DNA of 64,000 nucleotides, taken from Longimicrobiales bacterium (lineage in GTDB: Bacteria > Gemmatimonadota > Gemmatimonadetes > Longimicrobiales > Gaopeijiaceae). The translations under genes were made by a program, and so were the position numbers. The stretch is from the NCBI GenBank assembly GCA_963664435.2, contig CAXXKM010000002.1, positions 384,001 to 448,000 of the forward strand. Direction: 5' to 3'. The notes beneath the pieces were generated by a model. The model was not told where the DNA came from and made no database searches. It was given only the letters and a program-made list of their open reading frames with translations. The stretch's first letter is position 1. Every line of letters begins with the position of its first letter. Below are positions 49,346 to 60,388 of the stretch, piece after piece.

Positions 49346-50346
49346 GCGGCAAGGCGACGCGCACACCCTCCCTGAGCGGCAAGCCGGCCGTTGTCCGCCT
49401 GCCCCCGGGTCCGGGCCGGATCGCCGCCGCGGCGCTTGGCGCGTTGACCCTGCTGGCCGCGTTGGCTGGAAAGCCCGCCGAGGGGCGGGCACAGTCCGCC
49501 CAACACGGCCCGCTCGTGCTCGAGATGCCCGCCAGCACCCGCGGGCTGGCGCTGGGCGGCGCCTTCTACATGGTGGGCAACGACAGCGACGCCCTGTTCC
49601 ACAACCCGGCCCTGATCGGGGGCAACGGCGTGGTCGGCGCCGCGATGCAGCGTTTCGGGACAGCGAGCCTGCTGAGCACCGTGTCCGGCGTCGCCGATTG
49701 GTCTTCGGCCAGCGTGGCGGTGGGGGTCCGGATGCTCAGCTACGGGGCGGCGGACCGGGGTGCGGCCGTGCTGTCCCATGACGCGCAGTCGCTCTTCACC
49801 TCCGGGAGCACGGCAAGCTCGGAGGCGGCCATTTCGGTCGGTTATGCGCGGGACGTGGGGGGTGTGCGGGCCGGTATCACCGGCAAGCTGGTAGACCAGC
49901 GGCTCGGTGGCCATCACGACGCCACGGGAGCCGTCGACCTGGGAGTGACCGTCGGGGCCGGGCCCGCGCGGCTGGGCCTCGCCGTGCAGAACCTGGGACC
50001 GGGGCTCACACTGGGCGACATCGAGGTCCCGCTGCCCGTTCGCGTCACCGCTGGCGGTTCCACCCCGGCCATCCCGGTGGGACCGCTCGATCTGGGCTGG
50101 AGCGCCGCCGTCTCCCGCGAGGCGGATGGCGGGGTCCTTCCCGGGGCGGGAATGGAGGTCGCCTACTGGCCCGTTCGCGGACGGACCTTCACGGCCCGCG
50201 TCGGCGTGCGGCGCGCCCCTGAGGGCTTCGGTCACCCGGTCACCTTTGGCGGGGCGTTCAACGGCGACCGGCTCGCCATAGACTACGCGTGGCAGCGCTA
50301 CGACGGCGGCGAGGCAGCGCACCGCTTCGGGTTGAGCTGGCGGTAG
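49342..50346 (+). CDS. PorV/PorQ-like outer-membrane beta-barrel protein
   Basis: PASTRGLALGGA..ALFHNPA, GLAVQNLG, IDYAW..HRFGLSWR; ATGA overlap. Confidence 0.7.
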   Translation: MSGKATRTPSLSGKPAVVRLPPGPGRIAAAALGALTLLAALAGKPAEGRAQSAQHGPLVLEMPASTRGLALGGAFYMVGNDSDALFHNPALIGGNGVVGAAMQRFGTASLLSTVSGVADWSSASVAVGVRMLSYGAADRGAAVLSHDAQSLFTSGSTASSEAAISVGYARDVGGVRAGITGKLVDQRLGGHHDATGAVDLGVTVGAGPARLGLAVQNLGPGLTLGDIEVPLPVRVTAGGSTPAIPVGPLDLGWSAAVSREADGGVLPGAGMEVAYWPVRGRTFTARVGVRRAPEGFGHPVTFGGAFNGDRLAIDYAWQRYDGGEAAHRFGLSWR

Positions 50347-50461
50347 GCCGAAGGGGCGGGCAGGTCGGACGGGTGGGAGCGCGGGATTCTACATTGCTGT
50401 CCACTGCCTCCGTGGGACGGCGGCCCCGACCGGCTCCGCTTACGGAGGCTCCGGCAGGGCC

Positions 50462-52411
50462 TCAGGGCACCCGCACCGCCGTGTAGGCCGGGTCCATGCG
50501 CGCGAATCCCACGTCGTCCAGCACCACCTCGCCCGCGACCGCCCGGTCGAAGACCAGCCCCACTTCCCTGAGGTCGGCCAGGCGAAGCCCCGGAGCCGCC
50601 TCCACGAAGTCCGCCAGCGGAATCGAGTAGCTCTGCAGCAGCAGCTCGAAGAGATTGGCGAAGCGATCCTCCTCCAGGTCGCGCCGCCGCAGGACCCGCA
50701 TCTCGAGAGGCTTGCGCACCGGCCCGTAGCGGCTGAGCGGCAGGGAGGCGACGGTCCCGCTCCCATCTCGCGCGACGATGCTCGCGTCGATCGGTTCGTC
50801 CTCCGTTTCCTCGTCCTCGTCGGCTGTTTCGCGGCCTTCCTCCCTGTCACCGGAGTCGCCCGCATCGTCGGCTGCCTCGTCCCCCGCGCTGCGCGGCCCC
50901 GGCTCGCCCCGGGTGACCGCCAGCGACAACTCGAGCGAGGCGTCGGGCCCGAGCTCCCACTCGGAGGCGAGCGTCCCGGGCAGCTCGATGATGTAGGCCG
51001 CGGGCGGCCCCAGCGTGTCCGCCCCCGCGATGCGGTTGTTCCAGCCCAGCCACACGGCCTGGTTGTCCTGGGATGCCGAGGTTTCCGGCCGGTTGCTCGA
51101 CCGCAACCCGATGCGGGCCTCGCGCCAGGTCGACAGGCTGTCGCCGCGCAAGCGAACCCCGGGATGGGTTCCCGAGGTGACGTCGATGTCTTCCTCGAAA
51201 TCGGCCAGCGTGCGGAAGCTCTCGGTCTGGAAGCGGGTCACGTACATGGTCTTGGGCAGCCACCCGCCGATCACCCGGTGATCCCGGAACATCGGCAGAT
51301 AACGGCTGTCGTCCCGCAGCGTGGTCTCCAGGAAGGCCGAGATGTAGATCTCCGCGAAGCGCCGCTGGTCCTCACCGGGCATGAGCGCGCGCAGGTCCAG
51401 GATGCGCCCGCTGCGGGGGCCGTTGTCATGTGCCCCCCACACCGTGTTCCACTGTCCGTGGTTGGCGCGGTAGACCCAGATGGCGGTCTTGAGGCGCGGC
51501 CGGCCGTCGGTGAACTTCACGCGCTTGTACAGGCGCAGGCCGTGAAAGCTGGTCACGTCGCCGTCGTGCGATCCGTGGAAGACCATGTAGTTGACGTTCT
51601 CCACCGGCACGAAACGGCTGGTGGGCAGGTATTGCCCGTCCACCGGTGCGATGGCGATGATCGCGCGGATGTCGTAGTCGAAGTCGAACTCGAGGGACGC
51701 GTCGTCGGGATAGCGGTCCAGGCGGTTGAAGGCCGCGGCGTGGCCCACCGCCTCGCCGCCCCGCGAATGCCCGATGAGGGCGATGCGCTCCATGTCGACG
51801 CGCCCGTGGAAGAGGTTGTCCTCGTCTTCGTTGAACCCCTTCCAGACTCCGACGTGCTGCAGCAGGAACCAGCCCCGGGCGTCGTTCTCGCCCCGGATGC
51901 CGCCGTTGATGAAGTTCATGTCCACCGACGCCAGGATGTATCCGCGGCTTGCCAGCAGCTCTCCCAGGTAGTCGTAGCCGGGGTCCGAGAAGTCCCGCAT
52001 GTTGTGGTTGCCGTGCACCACCAGCACCAGCGGGAAGGGCCCGTCGCCGACCGGATACCAGACGCGCGCGTTGAGCGGGAAGCGATCCGGCTCGAAGCCC
52101 CAGTAGCTGTTGCGGCTCTCCGCGGACGAACCGAGGTCGACCAGCTTCGAGGCATCCACCGGCTCGGTCAGGTAGGTGACCGAGTCCCGGTACTCGGCCC
52201 GGTTCCTGTCGGTGCCGCTGCCGTAGTAGAGGGTGCGCACCTCATGAGGGCCGCGCCGACCGGGATCGGGCGCCTCCAGAAGCTGGCGCGAAAGAACCTC
52301 GTCCGCGTCGCTGGGGGCGAGCTCCAGCGGCCCGCGGCAGCTCGCGGTGAGAAAAAGTGCCAGGATCCCGACCCATCTCGGGGACGTGCGAACGTGGCCG
52401 GATGGTTGCAA
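50462..52411 (-). CDS. Alpha/beta hydrolase lipoprotein
   Basis: Lipobox TASC; PFPLVLVVHGNH, GHSRGGEA nucleophile elbow, DGDV, ANHGQWN; TTG start after AGGAG. Confidence 0.85.
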   Translation of the reverse strand: MQPSGHVRTSPRWVGILALFLTASCRGPLELAPSDADEVLSRQLLEAPDPGRRGPHEVRTLYYGSGTDRNRAEYRDSVTYLTEPVDASKLVDLGSSAESRNSYWGFEPDRFPLNARVWYPVGDGPFPLVLVVHGNHNMRDFSDPGYDYLGELLASRGYILASVDMNFINGGIRGENDARGWFLLQHVGVWKGFNEDEDNLFHGRVDMERIALIGHSRGGEAVGHAAAFNRLDRYPDDASLEFDFDYDIRAIIAIAPVDGQYLPTSRFVPVENVNYMVFHGSHDGDVTSFHGLRLYKRVKFTDGRPRLKTAIWVYRANHGQWNTVWGAHDNGPRSGRILDLRALMPGEDQRRFAEIYISAFLETTLRDDSRYLPMFRDHRVIGGWLPKTMYVTRFQTESFRTLADFEEDIDVTSGTHPGVRLRGDSLSTWREARIGLRSSNRPETSASQDNQAVWLGWNNRIAGADTLGPPAAYIIELPGTLASEWELGPDASLELSLAVTRGEPGPRSAGDEAADDAGDSGDREEGRETADEDEETEDEPIDASIVARDGSGTVASLPLSRYGPVRKPLEMRVLRRRDLEEDRFANLFELLLQSYSIPLADFVEAAPGLRLADLREVGLVFDRAVAGEVVLDDVGFARMDPAYTAVRVP

Positions 52412-52632
52412 GACCCCCCTCCTGCACGCAGAATGCGCTAACGGCAGCGCGATGCTCGACGGTAGCCCGGACGAAGGCCGGGAGCAGCATTCTAGGTGTC
52501 CCCGGCCACCTCGATCAAGCGGCCCGCCGAAGCGGAGCGCATTCAGGAACCTTTCGCCGGATGAAGCGATAGGAGCCTTCCGCGCTTGCGCCGCCGAAAG
52601 TGTGTCGGCAGCTCTAAAACCTGGGGTGTCAC

Positions 52633-53526
52633 GTGAGTCGGGAGCGACGCTTGCAGCAGATGGGGGGTGGGTGGAGACGGGGGATCGGCGGCGGCGCGCT
52701 CGCCGTGGCGGGCATTTCGGCTGCCGCGTTCCTCGCCGGTGGACCTTCCCTGCGATCCACCGGAGCCGAACTCCCGATCCCGGCCGGCCATCCGCCCGAC
52801 GCGACCGGCGGAGAGGCTGGGATCGCCGGGGCCGCACAGCAGGGACGCCCCCTGCCCATGCACGAGTTCTACTTCACCCGCGTGGCGTACAGCGGCGGCG
52901 GCGGGGGCTTCCGGCGCTGGCGGCGGCAGTCCTGGGCGACGGACTATCCCAAGTCGGACCGCCAGTTCCTGATCGTGGCGGAGCGCCTCACCGGGCTGGA
53001 CATGTTCATGGAGGCACATCCCCGGGAGCTCACCGACGAGCACCTGAACCGCTTCCCCTTCCTCTACGTCCTGGAGGTCGGCGGCATGTCGATGACTCCG
53101 GAGGAAGCCACCGCCCTGAGGGAATTCCTCCTGCGGGGCGGCTTCCTGGTGGTGGACGACTTCTGGGGCACGCGCGAGTGGGAGATTTTCGAGTACGAGA
53201 TGCAGAAGGTCCTCCCCGAATACCCGATCGTCGACGTTCCGCTCGAGCACGAGATCTTCCACACCTTCTACGACATCGACGAGATCGTCCAGGTACCCAA
53301 CGTCAACAACGGCAGGAGGGGGGGAGCCACCTGGGAGCGGGACGGCTATGAGCCCTTCGTGAAGGGCATCTTCGACGAAGAGGGGCGGCTGATGGTGATC
53401 ATCAACTGGAACACCGATCTGGGCGATGCCTGGGAGTGGGCGGAAGACCCCTACTATCCGCTCAGGTATTCCACCTACGCCATCCAGATGGGCGTCAACT
53501 TCATCGTCTACGCGATGAGCCACTGA
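52633..53526 (+). CDS. DUF4159 domain protein
   Basis: WATDYPKSD, LLRGGFLVVDDFWG, NTDLGDAWEW, MGVNFIVYAMSH. Confidence 0.85.
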   Translation: MSRERRLQQMGGGWRRGIGGGALAVAGISAAAFLAGGPSLRSTGAELPIPAGHPPDATGGEAGIAGAAQQGRPLPMHEFYFTRVAYSGGGGGFRRWRRQSWATDYPKSDRQFLIVAERLTGLDMFMEAHPRELTDEHLNRFPFLYVLEVGGMSMTPEEATALREFLLRGGFLVVDDFWGTREWEIFEYEMQKVLPEYPIVDVPLEHEIFHTFYDIDEIVQVPNVNNGRRGGATWERDGYEPFVKGIFDEEGRLMVIINWNTDLGDAWEWAEDPYYPLRYSTYAIQMGVNFIVYAMSH

Positions 53527-53539
53527 CCGGGCCCCGGAC

Positions 53540-55825
53540 GTGCTTACCAGCCTCTTCGAGTTCCTCTTCAAGTATCGCCCGGTCGTCTTCCAGGAGGGCG
53601 ACTTCTCGCTGGGCGTGGCGGGCGCGGTCGCGACCGGCGCCGTCGTGGCGAGCCTGGTCGCCGTCCTTGCGCTCCTGACCTACCTGGGTGTGCGCGGCAA
53701 GACCCGGCCGCTGGACCGGCTGGTCCTGGGCGGGCTCCGGTTCGCGGGGCTGGCGGTGCTCGTCTTCTGCCTCCTGCGCCCGGCCCTGGTGGTCTCGACG
53801 GTGGTGCCGCAGCAGAACTTCGTGGGCGTGCTCCTGGACGACTCCCGCAGCATGGAGATCCAGGACTACGACGACCGCTCCCGCGGCGCCTTCCTTCAGG
53901 AGACCTTCGGTACGCCGGATTCCCCGGTTCTTTCCGCCTTGTCCGACCGCTTCGCGGTGCGCTACTTCCGCTTCTCCTCGCGCACGGAACGCATCGAGGA
54001 CTTCTCCGAGATGAGCTTCATGGGGAGCCGAACACGTCTCGGCCCGGCGCTTGAGCGGGCGCGCTCCGAACTGGCCTCGGTGCCGCTCTCGGGCCTGGTC
54101 CTGGTCACGGACGGAGCCGACAACTCGGGCGAGGAACTGACCGAGGCCCTGATGCCGCTGCAGGCGCAGGGGATTCCGGTATACACGGTGGGCGTGGGCG
54201 AAGAGAACTTCCAGCGGGACATCCAGGTCAGCCGCGCCGACCCGCCCAGGACGGTGCTCGCGGGATCCTCGCTGGTGGTCGACGTGGTCGTCACGCATAC
54301 GGGCTACGAGGGCGAGACCGTCTCCCTGTTCGTCGAGGACGAGGGACAGATCGTCAGCACCGAGGAGGTCGAGCTGCCGGATGACGGCCAGCCGGTCACG
54401 GTTCCGGTTCGCTTCACGGCATCCACACCGGGCGCACGCGCGTACACCTTCCGCGTTCCCGTGGCGGTGGACGAGCAGGTCACGCAGAACAACAGCCAGA
54501 CCGCGCTGGTGAGCGTCGAGGACCGTCGCGAGAAGATCCTCTACTTCGAGGGGGAACCGCGCTACGAAGTGGGGTTCCTGGGGCGGGCCGTGGCGGACGA
54601 CGACAACCTGCAGCTGGTCGTGTTGCAGCGCACCGCCGAGAACAAGTTCCTGCGCCTGAACGTCGACGACGGGGAAGAGCTGCAGGGCGGGTTCCCGGAT
54701 ACCCGGGCGGAGCTGTACGCCTACCGCAGCCTGGTCCTGGGGACGGTGGAGGCAAGCTTCTTCACCGGCGATCAGCTGCAGATGATCGCCGACTTCGTGG
54801 ACAAGCGCGGCGGGAGCCTGCTCGCGCTCGGCGGACGCAACTCCTTCGCCCGCGGCGGCTACGCGGGCACGCCTGTCGCGGACGTGCTGCCGGTGGTGTT
54901 TTCCGACGCGGACGCGCGTCCCGACGGCTATTTCGCCCGCATCCGCGTCGAGCCCACCCAGGCCGGGCTCGGCGTTCCCGCGCTTCAGCTGGCCGGCACC
55001 GAGGAGGAATCCGGTGCCCGCTGGTCGGAGTTGCCCCTCCTCCTGACCTACAATCCGCTGCACCGGGTGAAGCCGGGAGCCACGACGCTGCTCCAGGGAA
55101 TCGCGGAGGATCTGCCGGAGGAGCATGTGGCGCTCGCATTCCAGCGCTACGGCGCGGGCAAGAGCCTGAGCCTGGCCGTGCAGGACACCTGGATCTGGCA
55201 GATGCAGCTCCCGCTCGAGGACGACACCCACGAGACCTTCTGGCGGCAGATGCTGCGCTGGCTGGTGGACGGAGTGCCCGACCAGGTGACGGCGCAGGTG
55301 CCCCGGGACCGGGCGGAGCCGGGCGAGAGCGTGGTCCTCACGGCGACCGTGAACGACTCGAGCTATCTCGGAATGAGCAACAGCGTCGTGGAGGCGACGG
55401 TGACCACCCCGCTGGGCGAGGAGGTGGAGCTGGGGATGGACTGGGCCGTGGACAGCAACGCGGGGGAGTACGAGACCGACTTCACCCCTTCGGAGGAGGG
55501 ACTGCACACGCTGACCGTGCGCGCCTACGCCGGAGACGACCTGATCGGCGTGGACGAGGCGTACTTTCAGGTGGCGCCCCAGCGGAGCGAATACTTCGAC
55601 GCGGGGGCGCGCACGCCGCTGCTCGAGCGCATCGCCGACGAGACCGGCGGAATCTCCTACACGCCGGAAACGGTCGGCGCGCTCCCCGAGGACATTCGCG
55701 TGACCGGCGCAGGCGTCACCCTGGTGGAAGAGATGGACCTGTGGGACATGCCGATCCTGCTGCTCCTTCTGCTCGTGCTGATCCTGGGCGAGTGGGGCTA
55801 TCGCCGATTGCGGGGGCTGGTGTGA
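53540..55825 (+). CDS. Membrane protein with vWA and glutamine-amidotransferase-like domains
   Basis: TM helices, MIDAS LLDDSRSM and VTDG, RGGSLLALGG, C-terminal LWDMP..EWGYRR. Confidence 0.85.
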   Translation: MLTSLFEFLFKYRPVVFQEGDFSLGVAGAVATGAVVASLVAVLALLTYLGVRGKTRPLDRLVLGGLRFAGLAVLVFCLLRPALVVSTVVPQQNFVGVLLDDSRSMEIQDYDDRSRGAFLQETFGTPDSPVLSALSDRFAVRYFRFSSRTERIEDFSEMSFMGSRTRLGPALERARSELASVPLSGLVLVTDGADNSGEELTEALMPLQAQGIPVYTVGVGEENFQRDIQVSRADPPRTVLAGSSLVVDVVVTHTGYEGETVSLFVEDEGQIVSTEEVELPDDGQPVTVPVRFTASTPGARAYTFRVPVAVDEQVTQNNSQTALVSVEDRREKILYFEGEPRYEVGFLGRAVADDDNLQLVVLQRTAENKFLRLNVDDGEELQGGFPDTRAELYAYRSLVLGTVEASFFTGDQLQMIADFVDKRGGSLLALGGRNSFARGGYAGTPVADVLPVVFSDADARPDGYFARIRVEPTQAGLGVPALQLAGTEEESGARWSELPLLLTYNPLHRVKPGATTLLQGIAEDLPEEHVALAFQRYGAGKSLSLAVQDTWIWQMQLPLEDDTHETFWRQMLRWLVDGVPDQVTAQVPRDRAEPGESVVLTATVNDSSYLGMSNSVVEATVTTPLGEEVELGMDWAVDSNAGEYETDFTPSEEGLHTLTVRAYAGDDLIGVDEAYFQVAPQRSEYFDAGARTPLLERIADETGGISYTPETVGALPEDIRVTGAGVTLVEEMDLWDMPILLLLLLVLILGEWGYRRLRGLV

Positions 55826-56853
55826 AGGACGTGCGCCGGCGGGTGGGACGGGCGTGGGTCGCCGCCGCCATGGGGCTGCTGGCGGCGAGTTCGGCCGTGG
55901 GGACGAGCGCCCAGCAGACGCATCTCGTGGTGGTCGGCGGAGCGAGCGGCACAGCGGAGTTCCGTGAGCGATTCCACGAGTGGGGGCTCACGGTTGTGCG
56001 GGCGGCGGTCGACAGGCACGGCCTCGATCCCGCGGACGTGGTCTGGCTGGCCGAGCGGCCCGAGATGGATCCGCTGATCGACGGGCCGTCCCGGCGAGAG
56101 AACATCGAGGCCGTTCTCGGGGAGTTGAGCGAGCGGGCAGGCCCGGACGACGCCGTCATGATCGTGCTGATCGGACACGGCACCTCCAGCGGAAACGAGT
56201 CGCGCTTCAACGTGCCCGGGAGGGACTTGAGCGCCACCGACTTCGCCTTCCTGGTGGAGCGGTTCGGGACCCGCACCGTGGTGTTCGTCAACACGGCCAG
56301 CGCGTCGGGCGCCTTCATAGCGGAGATATCCGGTCCGAACCGGACGGTGATCACGGCGACCCGCTCTCCCCGGGAGGGCAACGCCACCCGCTTCGGCGGG
56401 TTCTTCGCCGATGCCTTCGCGGGCGAGGTGGCCGATACCGACAAGGACGAGCGGGTGTCGGTGCTGGAGGCCTTCGCCTACGCCCGCAGGGAGGTCGAGC
56501 GCAGCTTCGAGGAAGAGGGCCTGCTCGCCACCGAGCACGCCTTGCTCGACGACAACGGGGACGGTGAAGGCAGCGACTTCGAGGGAGAAGACGATCTGGA
56601 CGGAGCGCTGGCGCGCACCGTCTTCCTCTCCCGGGGAGGAGGGCGGGTGACGGAAGCGGAGATCGCGGCCGATCCGGAACTTGCGGCGCTCTACCGGCAG
56701 CGTCAGGAGCTCGAGGAGCAGATCGCCGCGCTCACCGCGCTGAAGGACACCATGGATGCGGAGCAGTACGAGGCGGAGCTGGAGGGGCTGCTGGTGGAGT
56801 TGACGCTGACCACGCGGGCGATCCGGGAGAGGGAAGGGGGAGGCGGACGGTGA
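55822..56853 (+). CDS. Caspase/legumain-fold exported protein
   Basis: LIGHG, FVNTASASG (no catalytic Cys), VITAT, DTDKDERVSVLEAF, EHALLDDNGDG. Confidence 0.65.
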   Translation: MKDVRRRVGRAWVAAAMGLLAASSAVGTSAQQTHLVVVGGASGTAEFRERFHEWGLTVVRAAVDRHGLDPADVVWLAERPEMDPLIDGPSRRENIEAVLGELSERAGPDDAVMIVLIGHGTSSGNESRFNVPGRDLSATDFAFLVERFGTRTVVFVNTASASGAFIAEISGPNRTVITATRSPREGNATRFGGFFADAFAGEVADTDKDERVSVLEAFAYARREVERSFEEEGLLATEHALLDDNGDGEGSDFEGEDDLDGALARTVFLSRGGGRVTEAEIAADPELAALYRQRQELEEQIAALTALKDTMDAEQYEAELEGLLVELTLTTRAIREREGGGGR

Positions 56854-59513
56854 GGGCTGACTTCCGCCCGCGGGCGTCGGCGCGCGCTGCGTTCCTGCTT
56901 GCGCTCGCGATCGCTCCTTACGTGGCGGCGCCGCTGGCCGCGCAGGACGAGGCGAGCGCGCTTGCGGCGCTGGCGAGCGGAGAGTACGACGACGCCATCG
57001 GCCAGTTGCGGCGTCTCGCACGTGGCCGCGACGCCAACGTGGCAGTGCATCGCGCGCTCGCCCGCGGTCTCGCCGAGGTGGGACGCTACGAGGAAGCGGA
57101 GGAAGCTGCCCGCGACGGCCGCGAACGTCACGGAGCCGCGCTCGAAAACGTGCTCGGCGAAGTGCTGGTGGCCAGGGGGCGCTACCGGGAGGCGGAGGCG
57201 AGCTTCCGCGCGGCGATGGCGGGAAATGCCGACGACGAGGTCACCGCCCGCGTAAACCTTGCGGAGTTGCAACTGCGTACCGGGCAGCGCGACGAAGCCA
57301 TGCGCGCCTTCGACGGCTTCATCGACTTCTACAACCGGACCACCTCGCTGTCCTCGGCCGAGCTCACCGCGGTGGGCATCGCCGTGCGCCACCTGGGGGT
57401 GGAGGAATCGCCACTGCTGCAGGACGCTCTGCGGGCCTTCGACGAGGCCGTGGCCGCGGACCCGTCCAACCCGGAACCGCACCTGCGCACGGGACAGCTC
57501 TTCCTCGACGCGTACCGGAGCCCCGACGCGCGCGAATCGTACCAGCAGGTGCTCGCCCGCAATCCCCGGCATCCGCTGGCGATCCTGGGGATGGCGCTGG
57601 CGCTCGAATTCGACGGCTCGCCCGAGGCCATGGGCACGGCGCGCGGCGCCCTCGAGATCAACCCCAACCTGGTGCCGGCGCGGACTCTGCTGGCGCGCCT
57701 GCATCTGCGTCTGGAGGACTACGCGGCGGCCGAGGAGGAAGCGCGTGCCGCGCTGGAGGTCAACCCGTCGTCGCTGGAGGCGCTCTCGGTGCTGGCGGCG
57801 ACCTGGTTCCTGCGCGACCGCAACGCCGACTTCGCGGCCGTTCGGGAGCAGGTGCGCGAGCTGAACCCGCACTATCCGGGTCTCCTGAATACCGTGGCCG
57901 ACATGGCGGTGCAGACACGCCGCTACGCGGACGCGGTCGCGCTCGCGGCCGAAGCGGTGGACGTCGATCCCTACTCCTGGAAGGCACGCGGCATCCTCGG
58001 CATCAACCAGCTGCGGGTGGGCGCGATCGAAGAGGGCCAGGCCGAGCTCGAGCGGGCCTTCGCGGGCGACCCCTTCAATCCGTGGTACAAGAACACCCTC
58101 GACCTGCTGGACACCTTCGAGCGCTACCGCATCACCGAGACCGAGCACTTCCTCATCGCCATTGACGGGCGGGAAGCGGAGCTGCTGGCCCCGAAGGTGG
58201 CCGTGCTGGCCGAGGAAGCCTACCGGGCCCTGGCCGAACGCTACCAGTACGAACCGCCCACGCCGATCCGGCTCGAGCTCTTCCCCAGCCACGCGGACTT
58301 CTCGGTGCGGACCGTCGGGCTCGCCGGCCTCGGGGCGCTCGGAGTGAGCTTCGGCTCGGTGGTGGCGATGGACTCCCCCTCCGCGCGCGACCGCGGCGAG
58401 TTCAACTGGGCGTCGACCCTTTGGCACGAAATCGCCCACGTCTTCCACCTGGCCCTCTCCAACCACCGGGTGCCGCGCTGGCTCGCCGAGGGGTTCGCGG
58501 TCTACGAGCAGCGCCGCGGGGCGCCCTCCTGGGGGCACAACCTGAACCCGGGCTTCCTGATCGCCTACAACCAGGGCCGGGTCCTGCCGGTCAGCCAACT
58601 CAACAACGGCTTCGTGCGCCCGAGCTATGGGGACCAGGTCGTGCACTCCTACTACCAGGCGTCCCTGGTCTGCGAGCTGATTGCGCGCGATCACGGGCCC
58701 GAGGCGCTGGTGGCGATGCTCCGCGAGTACGCGGCGGGCGCCACCACGGAGGAGGTGTTCGAACAGGTGCTGGGCACGGAGATCGAGCGCTTCGACCGGA
58801 TCTTCACGGACTACTTCGAGGATCGCTTCGCCGGGTCACTGGCGTCGGTCGAGCCCCTGCCCGCGCTGGCCGAACGGGGCTCCCGCGCTCCGGACGAGGT
58901 GGCGCGGCTGGCGGCGGCCCATCCCGACAATTTCATGGCGCAGATGGCGATGGGCGCGCAGCTCTTCGATGAGGAGAGGCTGGACGAGGCCGAGGAATAC
59001 CTGGCGCGCGCCCGAGACCTGTTCCCGGAGTACGCCGGGCCGGGCAGCCCGGGCTGGCTGCTCGCGCGCATCTACGCCCAGCGGGGCGACAGCACGCGCG
59101 CGCTTCGCGAGATCGAGACCCTGACCAGGATCGACGAGTCCTTCCTGGAGGCGAACCTGGAGGAGGCGCAGCTCAGGGAAGCGGCCGGGGACGGCGACGG
59201 AGCCATCGAAGCTCTGCAACGGGCCGTGCACATCTACCCCTTCGACGAGGAAACCCACGGCCGGCTGGCCGAACTGGCCGCCGAGCGCGCCCTCCATCCC
59301 CTGGCCGTGCGTGCGCGAGAGGCTCTGGTGGCGCTCGATCCCGTGGACATGGCCGGGGCGCTCTACCAGCTCGCACTGGCGCACCACCGCGCCGGCGACA
59401 CCGCCAGCGCCCGCCGCACGGTGCTGCGCGCGCTGGAGCGGGCGCCCAATTTCGAGGCCGCCCAGGACCTGCTGATGACCCTGCGCGGCAGCCCGGAGCC
59501 ACAACCATGGTGA
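56850..59513 (+). CDS. TPR-repeat protein with central peptidase MA-like domain
   Basis: Many TPR-like helices; TLWHEIAH and PRWLAEG. Confidence 0.85.
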   Translation: MRADFRPRASARAAFLLALAIAPYVAAPLAAQDEASALAALASGEYDDAIGQLRRLARGRDANVAVHRALARGLAEVGRYEEAEEAARDGRERHGAALENVLGEVLVARGRYREAEASFRAAMAGNADDEVTARVNLAELQLRTGQRDEAMRAFDGFIDFYNRTTSLSSAELTAVGIAVRHLGVEESPLLQDALRAFDEAVAADPSNPEPHLRTGQLFLDAYRSPDARESYQQVLARNPRHPLAILGMALALEFDGSPEAMGTARGALEINPNLVPARTLLARLHLRLEDYAAAEEEARAALEVNPSSLEALSVLAATWFLRDRNADFAAVREQVRELNPHYPGLLNTVADMAVQTRRYADAVALAAEAVDVDPYSWKARGILGINQLRVGAIEEGQAELERAFAGDPFNPWYKNTLDLLDTFERYRITETEHFLIAIDGREAELLAPKVAVLAEEAYRALAERYQYEPPTPIRLELFPSHADFSVRTVGLAGLGALGVSFGSVVAMDSPSARDRGEFNWASTLWHEIAHVFHLALSNHRVPRWLAEGFAVYEQRRGAPSWGHNLNPGFLIAYNQGRVLPVSQLNNGFVRPSYGDQVVHSYYQASLVCELIARDHGPEALVAMLREYAAGATTEEVFEQVLGTEIERFDRIFTDYFEDRFAGSLASVEPLPALAERGSRAPDEVARLAAAHPDNFMAQMAMGAQLFDEERLDEAEEYLARARDLFPEYAGPGSPGWLLARIYAQRGDSTRALREIETLTRIDESFLEANLEEAQLREAAGDGDGAIEALQRAVHIYPFDEETHGRLAELAAERALHPLAVRAREALVALDPVDMAGALYQLALAHHRAGDTASARRTVLRALERAPNFEAAQDLLMTLRGSPEPQPW

Positions 59514-60337
59514 CGCGGTGGTGGGGCGGGACGGCCGCCGCAGGCGGCGCCGTCGCCGTCTGCGTGTTCGCCGCCATGGGGCTCGGCGCGCCCGGCTCGA
59601 CCGCGACGCGCGCAGCGGCGGCGCCCGCCCAGGAAGGCAACATCCCCTACGACGGCCGCTTCACCTTCGTGCGCATCCGCACCGACGTGTCGGGCGGACT
59701 TGGCAGTTCCATCGACTTCTCCGGGCGGGGCCGCCGGGGCCGGGGCCAGCCGCCCTGGGCGCACGACTATCCTCGCGCCGAGCGCAACTTCGCCAAGATC
59801 CTGACCGCGACCACCCTCGTAAACACCTACGAGGGCGGCAGCAACATCCTCACGTTCGACGATCCGGAACTCCACAACTACCCGCTGGCGTACGTCTCCG
59901 AGCCCGGCTTCTGGTGGATGGACGAGGCCGAGGAAGAAGGGCTCAGGAGCTACCTGCTCAAGGGCGGCTTCGTGATCTTCGACGACTTCGGCGGCATGCG
60001 CGATTGGTCCAACTTCGAAGCCCAGATGCTCAGGGTCCTCCCCGAGGGGATATTCTACGACCTGTCCGACCTCAACCCCCTGCCGTCCGTCTTCGACTCC
60101 TTCTTCGAAATCTCCGAGCCCGAAGCTCTTGCGCCTCCTTACAGAGGCGGCTGGCCGCAGTACCTGGGCATCTTCGAAGACAACGATCCCGCAAAGCGGC
60201 TGATGCTAATCGCCAACTACAACAACGACCTTGGGGACTACTGGGAGTTCTCCGACGCCGGATGGCTCCCGATCGACCTGACCAACGAAGCGTACAAGTT
60301 CGGTGTCAACTACGTCATCTACGCGATGACGCACTGA
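59507..60337 (+). CDS. DUF4159 domain protein (second paralogue)
   Basis: WAHDYPRAE, YLLKGGFVIFDDF, NNDLGDYWE, GVNYVIYAMTH. Confidence 0.85.
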   Translation: MVTRWWGGTAAAGGAVAVCVFAAMGLGAPGSTATRAAAAPAQEGNIPYDGRFTFVRIRTDVSGGLGSSIDFSGRGRRGRGQPPWAHDYPRAERNFAKILTATTLVNTYEGGSNILTFDDPELHNYPLAYVSEPGFWWMDEAEEEGLRSYLLKGGFVIFDDFGGMRDWSNFEAQMLRVLPEGIFYDLSDLNPLPSVFDSFFEISEPEALAPPYRGGWPQYLGIFEDNDPAKRLMLIANYNNDLGDYWEFSDAGWLPIDLTNEAYKFGVNYVIYAMTH

Positions 60338-60388
60338 CCTCCCACCCTCCCCATTCCTCCCCCGTCAAGGGGCTCCGGAGAAACCAGA